Assembly (NCBI GenBank): GCA_041483895.1
Contig: JBGPGO010000012.1
Coordinates: forward strand, 74,188-138,187
Origin: Fimbriimonadia bacterium
GTDB lineage: Bacteria > Armatimonadota > Fimbriimonadia > Fimbriimonadales > JABRVX01
Reading direction: 5' to 3'
Length of the DNA: 64,000 nucleotides
The position numbers and the translations under genes are program-made. Positions 9,487 through 20,402 of this stretch are shown piece by piece (position 1 is the stretch's first letter; each line of letters opens with the position of its first letter). The notes below the pieces were generated by a model. It ran no database searches. It saw only the letters and a program-made list of their open reading frames with translations, and was not told the origin of the DNA.

Positions 9487-10134
9487 CCACTTGGGGTTAA
9501 TAAGGCGGTCTTGGTTGACGCCGCCGCGTGACCTGGCGGAATGGATGAAGTTGCCGTTCCCGACATAGATGCCGGCATGGGTTATGCGCGTCATGGTCTT
9601 GTCCGCGAAATACAGTCGGTCGCCCGGCTGGAGGTCTTTCGGCTCAACGGCCTGACCTACCAACGCCTGGGCGGCGGCGGTTCTCGGCAGGTTAATGCCC
9701 TTCAACTTATACAGTTGCTTTACAAACCCGGAACAATCAATACCCCGATTCATGTCGTTCCCGCCCCAAACATATGGGGTTCCGATGTGCTGCTCCGCGA
9801 TTTCGATCATCCGACCGGAAGCTCCGCGAGACGCAAGATCCGGCTGATCTGTCGATAGAATGGCATCGTTCTCGGTAATCTCGAGGAAGTCCAGCTTGAT
9901 CCAGCCTGTGGCGCCGTTCTCCATCAGCACGCCGGCCCACGGCTCCTCGACGGTCTTGACAACCAACTTTAGCCCTGGGGTCACGAAGAAATATTTCTTG
10001 CTCGAAGAGCTCTTTCCGGCAAAAACACTGGCGCCCTTGGTCACCTCCGCCACGCGGCCCAATATCTTCTGCTGCGAGTATCCCGCAGCCACCAGAGCCA
10101 AGATTGATAACTTTACAAACAGAAACCTTAACAT
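9457..10134 (-). CDS. Secreted SH3 + NlpC/P60 (C40) peptidase
   Basis: Signal peptide, GTPYVWGG, IDCSG, HAGIY, FIHS. Confidence 0.92.
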   Translation of the reverse strand: MLRFLFVKLSILALVAAGYSQQKILGRVAEVTKGASVFAGKSSSSKKYFFVTPGLKLVVKTVEEPWAGVLMENGATGWIKLDFLEITENDAILSTDQPDLASRGASGRMIEIAEQHIGTPYVWGGNDMNRGIDCSGFVKQLYKLKGINLPRTAAAQALVGQAVEPKDLQPGDRLYFADKTMTRITHAGIYVGNGNFIHSARSRGGVNQDRLINPKWSSKLVFIRR

Positions 10135-10143
10135 ATCGCCTCG

Positions 10144-11220
10144 TTAGACCTTTAGATTGACCGGCTCTTCCTTCCCTGATTCCGAGCTTTTGTACAATGC
10201 GTCGAAGATGCCGTTAAGGATCAGCCCTTGCTCGCCCGGCACCACGGACTTCTTTCCGTGTCGGATGCTATCCACGAAGGTGGCGATTTCGACATCGTAA
10301 GGGCTATGCTTCGGCAAAAATGCCGGCATCATGTCGAACAGGGCGCCATCCTCTTCCCCGTATATTTCGACGTGCGGCTCGTCCAATGTGTTCACACGAA
10401 TTCCCGCACGCTCCCCCATAATCTCCGAAACCATGATGTCATTCTTGATATTGGCGCAAAAGCTGCTCTCCAACACCACGACAGCCCCGTTATTGAACCG
10501 GATATGGCCCACCGCAAAGTCTTCTACTGTGAAGTCTTTGTAATTCCACTGACCCATTAGGCCTATCACATCGCTGCGCTTGCCGAATTTCTGAAAGGCC
10601 CGGCCGGAGGCGCTGACCGGCTTGGGATAGCCCATGAGGAAAAGGGTGAGGTCCAGGATGTGGACGCCGATGTCCACCAATGGTCCGCCGCCCTGCTTTT
10701 CCTTATCGTAGAAGACCCCCCAGCCGGGAATGCCGCGCCGCCGAAGGGCCTGCGCGCGGGCGTAGTAGACGTTGCCCAGCTTGCCGGCGTCGATGAAGCG
10801 CTTTAGGTATTGAGAGTAGCCGCTGAAGCGGTATTGGAGCGCCACCTGCAGGATTTTGCCGCTGTCAGCCGCGGCTTTGACCATCTTGCGGGATTCGTCG
10901 CCGTTTCGGGAGAGCGGCTTCTCACAAATCACATGCTTGCCCGCTTTGAGCGCGGCGATGGTCGGCTCCATGTGGAAATAGTTGGGGACGCAGATGCTGA
11001 CGGCTTCGACGTCCGGGTCTTTGAGCAGGTCCTTATAGTTCGAGTAGGTTTTCGGGATATTGAATTTTTCGGCGGCCTTGCCGAGGGCTTCCGGGTTGAT
11101 ATCCGCGGCTGCGACGATGCTGCATTCTCTTTCCAGCTTCGAGTAGCCGGGCATATGCGCATAGTTCGCGATCATCCCTGTTCCGATAATGCCGATTCCG
11201 ACCTTCTTCCGTGTTGCCAA
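10144..11220 (-). CDS. Gfo/Idh/MocA family oxidoreductase
   Basis: IGIIGTGMI, GKHVICEKP, GGGPLVDIGVHILD. Confidence 0.93.
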   Translation of the reverse strand: MATRKKVGIGIIGTGMIANYAHMPGYSKLERECSIVAAADINPEALGKAAEKFNIPKTYSNYKDLLKDPDVEAVSICVPNYFHMEPTIAALKAGKHVICEKPLSRNGDESRKMVKAAADSGKILQVALQYRFSGYSQYLKRFIDAGKLGNVYYARAQALRRRGIPGWGVFYDKEKQGGGPLVDIGVHILDLTLFLMGYPKPVSASGRAFQKFGKRSDVIGLMGQWNYKDFTVEDFAVGHIRFNNGAVVVLESSFCANIKNDIMVSEIMGERAGIRVNTLDEPHVEIYGEEDGALFDMMPAFLPKHSPYDVEIATFVDSIRHGKKSVVPGEQGLILNGIFDALYKSSESGKEEPVNLKV

Positions 11221-11358
11221 AGCGTTGGACTCCTTTCCGAATCGAACGTTGGAGAATACCCTAGACTGTGAATATTTTCACTTGCTTGGCATTTTGACCA
11301 TTTCCGATTTATAATGTAGGCGGTGTAGAAAAGCAAATTCCGCAAGGAAGGTGTAGGC

Positions 11359-12990
11359 ATGGCCATCACTTTGCGGATCGGTCGGGCATTTGTGTGGTGG
11401 AGCATACTCTCGGTCGTCAACTGCTCGTTTGCCGCGAACCCATCGATCCGATTCGAAAACGTAGCTGCCGCTGCGGGTCTCACATTGGACGGACCCGGCG
11501 GCAGTGGAACAGCGATCGGCGACTACAATCGCGACGGCTGGCTCGACATACTGTTTGTCGGCGATCCAAATCGCGGTCCGCATCTGTTTCGCAACAACGG
11601 CGACGGCACGTTCACGAATGTTACAGCATCAGTTCTGCCCAACGACATGCCGAATGGCACGACCGCACTTTTTGTCGATCTTAACAATGACGGATACCCC
11701 GACATCGCGCTGGCGCGATGGTATGGGGATCGAAACGACACCGGATTTCATACTCTGATCAATCACGGCGGTGTCTATTTCGAGAACGGTGTTCTGCCGG
11801 AGAATATCGCCCGCGACCCCACGTGGACCGGCGGGATGGCCGCGTTCGACGTTGACAACGACGGCTACTTGGACATCGTTCTGCTGCATTATGAGGGCCC
11901 GACGTTTTATCTTCGCAATTTGGAGGGACTCGGTTTCGCCGATGAGACGCCACTGTTCGGGGCTGGGTTAGGCGGCAATCGAGCCAACTGGTCCTGCGTA
12001 TTCGCCGATTTCAACAACGATCATCTGACGGACATGCACGTTGCAATCGATCACGATGTCGACTATCAGTGCCGCAATTTGGGAAACGGCACATTCAAGG
12101 ATGTTAGTCGGGAAGCCGGGGTCAGCAACGTCGGCTCGGACATGGGGCTGGCGATCGGAGACATCGACAATGATGGCGATTTAGATATCTATTCAACAAA
12201 CATCGGCTTTCATGTCCTGTATGTGAATAATGGTATGGGCGTGTTTATGGACGAGGCCGCGAACCGCGGAGTGCGGGACAACAAGGGCGGCCTGGAACTT
12301 GCTTGGGGGACCGTGTTTGGAGACTTCGATCACGACGGCGATTTGGATCTCACTTACGTCGCAATATCGCCCTATGGTTCGGTGTTCGAGAATAATGGGA
12401 AAGGGTATTTTGCCGACGTGACATCCATGGCGGGAGTCAATACGCTTGGAATCGCGGAGGCGATGTTCGATTACGACAACGACGGCGCGTTGGACCTGTT
12501 GATCATCGGCACCGACAAGGCGCCAAAGCTGTACCACAACGTCTCCCCAGGTCTCATGGGGAACCATTGGTTGGGGGTGGGTCTGGAAGGGACGATCTCG
12601 AATCGAGCGGGAACCGGGGCGCGTGTCGAAGTTACGGCGGGTCAGACGACGATGATTCGGGAGATCATGGCCGGCGACTCGTTCTGGACCGGCAATCCTC
12701 AAACCGCGAATTTTGGGCTGGGCGGCGCGACCTCTGCCAAGACCGTCAAAGTGTATTGGCCGTCGGGGATCGTCCAGAAGATACGAAACGTCCCGGCCGA
12801 CCAATACATCACGATTGTGGAGCCGAAGAACCCCGATCTCACGGGGGACAAGGCGGTCGACATGAAGGACATCAACCTGGTATTTCTATCATTTGAATGG
12901 GATGACGGCGGCGATGTGAACGGAGACGGCATCACGGATCTGGTCGACCTCGATCTTCTCTTACAGGTCTACGGCAGCATCTTGCGGTAG
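11359..12990 (+). CDS. Secreted CRTAC1-type FG-GAP/ASPIC-UnbV protein with C-terminal dockerin-like domain (copy 1)
   Basis: Repeated D(Y/F)DNDGxLD motifs, GARVEV...FGLG...VYWPSG, and a tail with two D-x-x-G-D-x-x-(V/T)-D-x-x-D repeats. Confidence 0.88.
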   Translation: MAITLRIGRAFVWWSILSVVNCSFAANPSIRFENVAAAAGLTLDGPGGSGTAIGDYNRDGWLDILFVGDPNRGPHLFRNNGDGTFTNVTASVLPNDMPNGTTALFVDLNNDGYPDIALARWYGDRNDTGFHTLINHGGVYFENGVLPENIARDPTWTGGMAAFDVDNDGYLDIVLLHYEGPTFYLRNLEGLGFADETPLFGAGLGGNRANWSCVFADFNNDHLTDMHVAIDHDVDYQCRNLGNGTFKDVSREAGVSNVGSDMGLAIGDIDNDGDLDIYSTNIGFHVLYVNNGMGVFMDEAANRGVRDNKGGLELAWGTVFGDFDHDGDLDLTYVAISPYGSVFENNGKGYFADVTSMAGVNTLGIAEAMFDYDNDGALDLLIIGTDKAPKLYHNVSPGLMGNHWLGVGLEGTISNRAGTGARVEVTAGQTTMIREIMAGDSFWTGNPQTANFGLGGATSAKTVKVYWPSGIVQKIRNVPADQYITIVEPKNPDLTGDKAVDMKDINLVFLSFEWDDGGDVNGDGITDLVDLDLLLQVYGSILR

Positions 12991-13063
12991 GGCCCTCGCC
13001 CACAATCCATCGCTGTTGATTGCCGACGGGTAATCTGGACTCCGATACGAGCTAGGGCATTAT

Positions 13064-13101
13064 TCAATTGATGCCGATTTTGGCCTTCCGACGTGTTGCC
13101 A
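13064..13101 (-). pseudogene. Duplicated 5' remnant of the Gfo/Idh/MocA gene
   Basis: LATRRKAKIGIN* with the same upstream SD as MATRKKVGIGII at 11220; carried along in the tandem duplication. Confidence 0.75.
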
Positions 13102-13235
13102 AAGCGTGGGACTCCTTTCCGAAAGGGCCAGCTTCAGGATGCCCCAGTTTGTGAATATTTTCACTTGTTTGGCATTTTGATCGATTCCATATTATGATGA
13201 ACGCGAAAAGCAAGTTCCGCAAGGAAGGTGTTGAC

Positions 13236-14867
13236 ATGGCTTTCCCTCCGCGGATCGGCCGGTCGTTCGTGTGCTGGGGCATTTTGTTGGTTATCAATTG
13301 CTCGTGTGTTGCGAATCAGTCGATCCGATTTGAAGACGTAGCCGCCGCCGCTGGTCTCACGTTGGAAGGATCCGGTGGGTCCGGCATAGCGATCGGCGAC
13401 TACAATCGTGACGGTCTGCTTGACGTTCTTTTTGTCGGCGACGCCAATCGAGGCCCGCAGTTATATCGGAACAATGGGGTCGGCACGTTCACCAATGTCA
13501 CGGCTTCCGTACTTCCCAGCGACATTCCGAATGGCACGACGGCGCTCTTTGTCGATCTCAACAATGACGGATATCAGGACATCGCGATGGCTCGCTGGTA
13601 TGGCGATAGCTGCAACATTGGATTCAGCTATCTGATCAATCACGGCGGCGCATATTTCGAAAATGGGATTCTTTCTGAAAATATCGGCCGGGCCCCGATG
13701 TGTGCCGGCGGAATTGCCGCGTGCGATGTGGACAGTGACGGCTACCTGGATATCGTCCTGGTGCATAAGGACGGCCCTGGAGTCTATCTTCACAATTTGG
13801 GAGGCATGGGCTTTGCCGATGAGACGCCGTTATTCGGGGCGGGGCTCGGCAACACGCGGGTATCTTGGTCTTGCGTGTTTGCCGATTTCAACAATGATCA
13901 TCTATCCGACATGCATGTCGCGATCGACGGCGCTGCCGACTATCAGTGCCGCAACTTGGGTAACGGCACTTTCAAGGATGTCAGTCGGGAAGCTGGTGTC
14001 GGCAACGTCGGCTCGGATATGGGATTGGCGGTCGGGGACATTGATAACGATGGCGATCTTGACATCTTCTCCACCAATATCAGCATCCAGGTCCTGTATA
14101 TCAACAATGGCCACGGAGTGTTCAAGAACGAGGCCGCAAGCCGCGGAGTGAAGGATAACAAAGGCGGATTGGACGTAGGTTGGGGGACCGTGTTTGGAGA
14201 CTTCGATCACGATGGCGACCTGGACCTGATTTTTGTCGCCATTTCATCGCCGGGCTCCGTATACGAAAATAACGCTCTAGGATATTTCACCGATGTGACT
14301 GACATGTCCGGGGTTAAGACAATGGGGCTCAGCATGGCGGCGTTTGATTATGATAATGATGGCGCGCTCGACCTCTTGATCACCGGCGTGGACGATGTGC
14401 CAAAGCTATACCACAACGTTTCCCCCGCACTGATTGAAAGTCATTGGCTCGGAGTGAGCCTAGATGGAAACATCTCGAATCGCCAGGGTGTCGGGGCGCG
14501 TGTCGAGGTCACAGCCGGGCAGAACAGGATGATTCGGGAGTTGATGGCCGGTGACTCGTTCTGGACCGGTAATCCTCAAATCGCGAACTTCGGCCTGGAC
14601 AGCGCGACCTTCGCGAACACCGTCAAAGTGTATTGGCCGTCGGGGATCGTCCAGACGATACGAGACGTTCCGGCCGACCAATACATTACGATTGTTGAGC
14701 CGATGAACCCCGATCTTACGGGGGACAAGGTGGTCGACATGAAGGATATCAACCAGGTATTTCTGTCGTTTGAATGCGATGACGGCGGCGATGTGAACGG
14801 AGACGGCATCACCGATCTGGTCGACCTTGATCTTCTCTTACAAGTTTACGGCAGCATCTTGCGGTAG
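13236..14867 (+). CDS. Secreted CRTAC1-type FG-GAP/ASPIC-UnbV protein with dockerin-like tail (copy 2)
   Basis: Collinear paralog of 11359-12990, same length, start and stop both offset by 1877 bp. Confidence 0.88.
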   Translation: MAFPPRIGRSFVCWGILLVINCSCVANQSIRFEDVAAAAGLTLEGSGGSGIAIGDYNRDGLLDVLFVGDANRGPQLYRNNGVGTFTNVTASVLPSDIPNGTTALFVDLNNDGYQDIAMARWYGDSCNIGFSYLINHGGAYFENGILSENIGRAPMCAGGIAACDVDSDGYLDIVLVHKDGPGVYLHNLGGMGFADETPLFGAGLGNTRVSWSCVFADFNNDHLSDMHVAIDGAADYQCRNLGNGTFKDVSREAGVGNVGSDMGLAVGDIDNDGDLDIFSTNISIQVLYINNGHGVFKNEAASRGVKDNKGGLDVGWGTVFGDFDHDGDLDLIFVAISSPGSVYENNALGYFTDVTDMSGVKTMGLSMAAFDYDNDGALDLLITGVDDVPKLYHNVSPALIESHWLGVSLDGNISNRQGVGARVEVTAGQNRMIRELMAGDSFWTGNPQIANFGLDSATFANTVKVYWPSGIVQTIRDVPADQYITIVEPMNPDLTGDKVVDMKDINQVFLSFECDDGGDVNGDGITDLVDLDLLLQVYGSILR

Positions 14868-14931
14868 GGCCGAAGCCGGACTCTTTGCAGGAACCCTCGC
14901 GTCTGCGTGAAAAGGGTAAGTTATAAAGCGT

Positions 14932-15651
14932 ATGGTGGAGTTCGACAACGCAGGAGTAACCTACCCTAACGGAGTAGCGGCGGTGGCACGGGTTTCATTG
15001 CGAGTTGGCCCGGGCGAGTTCGTGTTTCTGACCGGGACGACCGGGGCGGGAAAATCCACCCTTCTGAAGCTGATTTACGCGGAGGTGCGGCCGACCGAGG
15101 GTCGCGTAATTGTCGGGGATAGGGTCGTCAACGAGCTACGGCCTCGTGAAATCCCGGCGTTGCGGCGGTCGATGGGAGTCGTACCGCAGGACTTCGCACT
15201 GCTCCCGAACAAGCGCGTGTGGGAAAACGTCGCGTATGCGCTGCGGGTCGTCGGGATGTCCAGACGGGAGATTCGGCGTCGGGTGCCGGACGTCATCGAG
15301 CGCGTCGGCCTGATTCATCGCATTGAGAGCTTCCCCAATCAGCTATCCGGCGGCGAAGCGCAACGGGCGGCGATCGCGCGTGCCCTCGCCCACAATCCAT
15401 CGCTCTTGATTGCAGACGAGCCGACGGGCAATCTGGACTCCGAAACGAGCTGGGGCATTATTCAACTGCTGGACCAAATCAACGCGCGGGGCGCAACGGT
15501 GATCGTCGCAAGCCATGACGAAGCGGTGATACGGCGGATCGGCAAGCGCGAGGTCCGAATTGAACAGGGTGAGGTCGTCTCCGACACGCGGCCTCCCGAA
15601 ATGCGAGCGGTCGTTCAGATGGAGGTGGTTGAGCCTGTTCGATCGAATTGA
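14932..15651 (+). CDS. ftsE: Cell division ATP-binding protein FtsE
   Basis: [29 protein letters not shown]; precedes ftsX. Confidence 0.93.
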   Translation: MVEFDNAGVTYPNGVAAVARVSLRVGPGEFVFLTGTTGAGKSTLLKLIYAEVRPTEGRVIVGDRVVNELRPREIPALRRSMGVVPQDFALLPNKRVWENVAYALRVVGMSRREIRRRVPDVIERVGLIHRIESFPNQLSGGEAQRAAIARALAHNPSLLIADEPTGNLDSETSWGIIQLLDQINARGATVIVASHDEAVIRRIGKREVRIEQGEVVSDTRPPEMRAVVQMEVVEPVRSN

Positions 15652-16519
15652 ATTCATGCTTTCCGAGAGCTGCCAGGCGTTGATGCGCAACAAGCTCATG
15701 ACGTTGGCGGCCATCACCACCGCCGGCGTCTCGCTCCTCCTGCTCGGCGGGTTCCTGATCGGCTGGCTGGAGGTGGAGCGACAGGTGTCAACTCTTCCGG
15801 ATAAGTTCGAATTGCGCGTATTTTTGCGGGATGACGTAACCCAAGAAGACACCGCGGCGATTCGGACGCGACTTACCGCCATGCCGGAATTGAACACCGT
15901 GCGATTTGTTCCGAAGGCCGAAGGTTGGAAGAAGCTCCAATCCCAATACGATAAAGAGTTGACGGCCGATATGCCGAATCCGGTGCCCGACAGCTTTGTC
16001 GTCAAATTGAAAGACCTGCAATATGGCGACGACGTGGCGCAACGAATTCGGGAGATGCCGGAAGTGGATCACCAGGGAGTCGTCTATCTGAAAGAAGAAC
16101 AGCGTCAGGTGATGGCGTTCATGCGCTTTGTCCGCACCCTCGGGTTTTGCATCACGGGGGCGCTCATGTTCAGCACGGCCGTACTCATCTTCAACACCAT
16201 TCGCCTCACAGTGATCGCGCGGCGGCGCGAAATCCGAGTCATGAAGCTGGTCGGCGGCTCGGAGGCTACGATTCGGACCCCATTTCTCTTAGAAGCGATG
16301 TTTCACGGCGGGCTTGGAGGGCTGTTCGGCGCGGTCGCCTTGTGGTTCGCGGGCGGTACAATCTCGGAGTATCTGCCCGGTTTCGTCCGAAAGCCGGGGG
16401 AGATCACTTCCTTCCTGTTGATCGTAGTCGCCATGATGGCGGCCGGCACGACATTTGGGTTGCTTTGCGGCATATTCGGAACACGGAGGTTCCTGCGTGA
16501 TGAACAGCCGGCTACTTAG
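15629..16519 (+). CDS. ftsX: Cell division permease FtsX
   Basis: TTG after GGAGGT; NPVPDSFVVK, IFNTIRLTVIARRREIRVMKLVG, PFLLE. Confidence 0.92.
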   Translation: MSLFDRIEFMLSESCQALMRNKLMTLAAITTAGVSLLLLGGFLIGWLEVERQVSTLPDKFELRVFLRDDVTQEDTAAIRTRLTAMPELNTVRFVPKAEGWKKLQSQYDKELTADMPNPVPDSFVVKLKDLQYGDDVAQRIREMPEVDHQGVVYLKEEQRQVMAFMRFVRTLGFCITGALMFSTAVLIFNTIRLTVIARRREIRVMKLVGGSEATIRTPFLLEAMFHGGLGGLFGAVALWFAGGTISEYLPGFVRKPGEITSFLLIVVAMMAAGTTFGLLCGIFGTRRFLRDEQPAT

Positions 16520-17645
16520 GACCATTTCCTTTGCGATCACTTGCTGCCTCTTCGTCTCTTATGCCCTCGCGGATCCGAAGGTTTCGCCGCCGAAGAAATC
16601 GCAAGCCACGCTCAAGAAAGAGCTCCACGCCAAAAAATCCAGGCTCGCCAAGATAAAGAAGCAGATCCGCCAAAAGCGGAGCGAGGTGCATGAGAAGCGG
16701 CAAGATATGCGGGAGGTCGACGCGCGCCTCGATCGAATTACCGGCTCGCTGGTGCGCACTAAAAACCAATTGGCCGATTCCCAGCAGCGGCTTCTCACGG
16801 TCACCGTCGAAAACTCCCAGGCCGCGCTGAATCTCGTGATCCGTCAAGATCAGTTTGGCAGGAGGCTTCGAACGATCTACAAACAGGGCGATTCTCGATT
16901 CGTCAGCGCGCTGGTCGGCACGCAATCCGTCAGCGACCTGGCAAGCCGAAGCTACATCCTGCGCCGCATTGCCGAGCGGGACCGCAAGATCGCTGACGAC
17001 TACCAAGATGCCAAGCGGGACCTGGATGCGAAGCGCGCTGAGCAGGCCGAATTGGTGCAGCGGGTCAAGAGCTCGCTTGCCCGGCTGGCCGAACAGGAGC
17101 AATCCCTCCAGGTCGCTTTGGACGACAAGAAGACCGCCTATCGGCAATCGGTGCAAGAATTGGCTTCGCAAGAGGCGCAATATGCGGAGGAAAACGCAGC
17201 AACTCTGCAGATCGAGGCGGAGCTTCAGCGGTACTACGCCACCCCGCAAAGCAGCACCGTCAGGCCCTGGAAAGGCGGATTCATCCGGCCTGTCAACGGC
17301 CCTGTCACATCCGGGTACGGATACCGCTTCCACCCAATTCTGCATACGCGAAAGCTTCACACCGGCATCGATCTCGGCTCGCCGCAGGGGACTCCGATCA
17401 AGGCAGCCGCGGGAGGCCGGGTGATTAAGGCGGAATATTATCGCGGCTATGGCAACTGCGTGATCATCGACCACGGCGGGGGAACTTCAACGCTTTATGG
17501 CCACTGCTCGGCGCTGCTGGTATCGGTCGGACAGAATGTTCAGCAGGGTCAGATCATAGCGCGGGTCGGCTCGACCGGTCTTGCGACGGGACCGCATCTC
17601 CATTTCGAGGTTCGCCGATTCGGCAAGCCGGTGCCGCCGAATTAG
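16497..17645 (+). CDS. envC: EnvC-like coiled-coil + M23 peptidase
   Basis: Signal peptide, long coiled coil, HTGID, YGH, GPHLHFEV; follows ftsEX. Confidence 0.85.
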   Translation: MMNSRLLRTISFAITCCLFVSYALADPKVSPPKKSQATLKKELHAKKSRLAKIKKQIRQKRSEVHEKRQDMREVDARLDRITGSLVRTKNQLADSQQRLLTVTVENSQAALNLVIRQDQFGRRLRTIYKQGDSRFVSALVGTQSVSDLASRSYILRRIAERDRKIADDYQDAKRDLDAKRAEQAELVQRVKSSLARLAEQEQSLQVALDDKKTAYRQSVQELASQEAQYAEENAATLQIEAELQRYYATPQSSTVRPWKGGFIRPVNGPVTSGYGYRFHPILHTRKLHTGIDLGSPQGTPIKAAAGGRVIKAEYYRGYGNCVIIDHGGGTSTLYGHCSALLVSVGQNVQQGQIIARVGSTGLATGPHLHFEVRRFGKPVPPN

Positions 17646-17839
17646 CAGCCGGTCAATCGACCGGCAGCCAGGCACTATCGCCGCCTAGCAAGCAGGCGAA
17701 TCATCGTTCGGCGAACTAGTGACAATACCGGACTGTATCCGGTCATGTTGACAGCCGTAAAGGTTCGTTGTATCCTATATCAATACTAGCTCGGGATTTC
17801 CCCGTGCGTAATGTTTGCTTGGATTACCTGGAGGATGGT

Positions 17840-18505
17840 ATGAAGAAAGGTGCATTTGCTTTTGTCGTCTTAGCGGCGGCGCTTGCCTCTCCTGTTCTTG
17901 CGACGGATTACACCATATCGTGGACCTGCGTTCTGGGCGGAAGTCTGTCATCCGGTGGCTCGACATTTCTTACCGGTCTTGTTAATTTCGGCGCGGACAA
18001 CGTGTTGGACAACGACGCGAACTTCACGTTTCCCGATGCCATGATTGGCGATGGCACAGGGATCGATGCGGGCACGCTCACAATTTTCTGCGACTTGGCA
18101 GTGGGCGGGCCGTATCTGTTCACCGGCCTTACCGTCGACCTCATCGGGCAGCTCAAGGCAGGAACAAAGGCGCTGAATCCGCAGATCGCTTGGACGGAGA
18201 AAGTCTTCGATACGACCAGCGGCAGCGTGCAGGTTGTCAATGATTCCGGAACCGATTTCTCGCAGCCGACGACGCGCTCATATAGCTTTGGTGCGGCAAA
18301 GAAGCTGCACATCGAAGAGACATTCAATCTGTCTGGGGTTACCTATAAAGACAACCAGGGGCAGACCCAAATCGATCAAGATGCGCTCGCCGCGCTGACT
18401 TTGGTTGAGAAGTCCATATCCGTAGTTGTGCCGGAGCCCAATGCGATCGCCGGGCTGGTGGCCGTTGCGGGCGTTCTCGCCGCTTATCGACTTCGACGGA
18501 AATAG
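17840..18505 (+). CDS. PEP-CTERM sorting domain protein
   Basis: Signal peptide; C-terminal VPEP + TM helix + RLRRK. Confidence 0.9.
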   Translation: MKKGAFAFVVLAAALASPVLATDYTISWTCVLGGSLSSGGSTFLTGLVNFGADNVLDNDANFTFPDAMIGDGTGIDAGTLTIFCDLAVGGPYLFTGLTVDLIGQLKAGTKALNPQIAWTEKVFDTTSGSVQVVNDSGTDFSQPTTRSYSFGAAKKLHIEETFNLSGVTYKDNQGQTQIDQDALAALTLVEKSISVVVPEPNAIAGLVAVAGVLAAYRLRRK

Positions 18506-18524
18506 GACAACGGCTTTAGCCGCG

Positions 18525-18553
18525 AACTCCCGCCCCCCGTTGGCGGGAGTTTT
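18525..18553 (+). terminator. Intrinsic terminator
   Basis: aactcccgcc / ggcgggagtt stem followed by Ts. Confidence 0.75.
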
Positions 18554-18578
18554 CGCTTTGGGGAGCGAACTGTTCGCT

Positions 18579-18690
18579 ATGCCCTATCCGCATCCAAGAA
18601 CATACATCTGTTACCGAACGGAATCTCTCGTCAGGATCGATGGCCGGTTGGGGGATCCAGCATGGGAGTTAGCCCCTTGGACCACCGACC
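18579..18690 (+). pseudogene. N-terminal remnant of a carbohydrate-binding family 9-like protein
   Basis: [30 protein letters not shown] resembles the start of CBM9-like sugar-binding proteins; similarity then stops. Confidence 0.55.
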
Positions 18691-18763
18691 GCTGCTTCGA
18701 AGCATCCGTTCGCCTCGGAACACAAACCGTCCGGATCAAGGACGACGGTCTCGTTTGGATCGA

Positions 18764-19198
18764 TTAATCAGGCCATAGCTTTCGGATTGCGCTGGGCAGA
18801 AGCGCCTTGACTTGCCGTACTTCGCCTTCGGAAACATTTCGCGATAAGACGCGAAAAACGCCTCGTGTCATCGTTTCCGCATCGACGAACGGTCGGACAC
18901 CGAAATTGGACATTACCTCGCTTAGGAACCCCTCCCGACTGCGGTCCCGGCTCGCTCTCGACGGGTTCCACTCATCATAGTAGATGCCGCGCAATAGCAG
19001 AGGCATTTGCGCGCCGAGTTGTGCAACTTCATTTATGGTCAGCCTGGCGCGCAGGGCATGCAACACGGATCGCAGGGCATGGTAAGCTTCCTGCCTATTC
19101 TTGAGTTCCAAAGAAATCATGACATCGGACAGCCAGGCACGTGTCTTTTGCACGGTACTGTCGAATACTTCTAAGGTGGAATCTCTCATTTTCATCAC
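18764..19198 (-). CDS. DUF2267 family protein
   Basis: [48 protein letters not shown]. Confidence 0.88.
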   Translation of the reverse strand: MMKMRDSTLEVFDSTVQKTRAWLSDVMISLELKNRQEAYHALRSVLHALRARLTINEVAQLGAQMPLLLRGIYYDEWNPSRASRDRSREGFLSEVMSNFGVRPFVDAETMTRGVFRVLSRNVSEGEVRQVKALLPSAIRKLWPD

Positions 19199-19275
19199 CT
19201 CTTCTGATTCACGATACCGCGACAGTGGCGAGGGATCAAGTCGGAGAATTCAACGACAAGCGCAAAGGAGAAATT

Positions 19276-19352
<77 letters not shown>

Positions 19353-19398
19353 GGCCTGATTATACCCGATCTTGTACTTCGGACGCGCGACTCGAAGT

Positions 19399-19450
19399 TG
19401 CGACACGGTCAGGAGACCGGTCGCATCTGGGTAGGCCGGTCGCATCTGGG
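19399..19450. repeat. REP-like palindrome plus partial tandem copy
   Basis: Same hairpin as 820-848; ccggtcgcatctggg is repeated. Confidence 0.7.
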
Positions 19451-19632
19451 CATTCATGTTGGCCAGATTTGCCCGCTGGTAAGTCCCGCAACTAATACGT
19501 GGTACACTTCGACAAGTGACCCGGCGCACATTGATTAGATTCACGCGACCGGGCCACAAGTATGGATCGGCTATTGCCCGTTTTCATTTGCCTTCTCCTG
19601 GAAAGAAAATTGATTGACAAGGAGAAAACAAC

Positions 19633-20349
19633 ATGCAGAACATCACCCGATCGCTGGTTGCGGCGTCGCTCCTAGCGACCGCATTCGCCGCCAACGCCAC
19701 GATTACAATCAACGAAATCCGCATCGACCAGGTCGGCACGGACAACGATGAATTCTTTGAGCTTACCGGGATGGCCGGCGATTCCTTGAACGACCTTGCG
19801 TACATCGTCATCGGCGATGGAACCGCCACGACCAAACAGGGCGTCATCGAGAATGTGACGAAGCTGACCGGGCTCTTCATCCCTGTCGACGGTTACTTTC
19901 TCGCCGTCGAGCCGACCTTTACGCTCGGCATCGGCAATGCCGATCTCGTGACCGCCGCGAATGGCCTCAATTTCGAAAACAGCGACAACGTGACCCACAT
20001 GCTGGTTCGAGGGTTTACTGGCGCCAATGCTCAAGATCTGGATACCAATGATGACGGAATCCTCGACTTCACACCTTGGACTTCCATCGTAGATTGGGTC
20101 TCTGTAATCTCGGCTACCGGACCGCCGACGGGAGACTATACGTATTCCCCGATCACTGTCGGTCCGGACGGTACTTTCCCACCGTCTCATGTCTATCGGT
20201 TGCCCAACGGTTCCGGCCCTTGGCAGATTGGCAGTTTTGATTTTCTCGATTTCGACACGCCGGGGTCCGCGAACGTTCCAGAGCCCGGAAGCGTCGCGGC
20301 CGTTTTAACCGGCTTCGCCGGCCTTCTGGCGATCCGCCGCCGCCGATAG
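19633..20349 (+). CDS. PEP-CTERM protein with lamin-tail-like domain
   Basis: Signal peptide, INEIRIDQ..DEFFEL, TPGSAN, VPEP + TM + RRRR. Confidence 0.9.
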   Translation: MQNITRSLVAASLLATAFAANATITINEIRIDQVGTDNDEFFELTGMAGDSLNDLAYIVIGDGTATTKQGVIENVTKLTGLFIPVDGYFLAVEPTFTLGIGNADLVTAANGLNFENSDNVTHMLVRGFTGANAQDLDTNDDGILDFTPWTSIVDWVSVISATGPPTGDYTYSPITVGPDGTFPPSHVYRLPNGSGPWQIGSFDFLDFDTPGSANVPEPGSVAAVLTGFAGLLAIRRRR

Positions 20350-20363
20350 TTGATTCGTGCGAA

Positions 20364-20396
20364 GGGCCGCCGCTTCCGTTCTAGAGGCAGCGGCCC
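20364..20396. terminator. Hairpin between convergent genes (probable terminator)
   Basis: gggccgc...gcggccc stem. Confidence 0.5.
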
Positions 20397-20402
20397 AATT
20401 CC

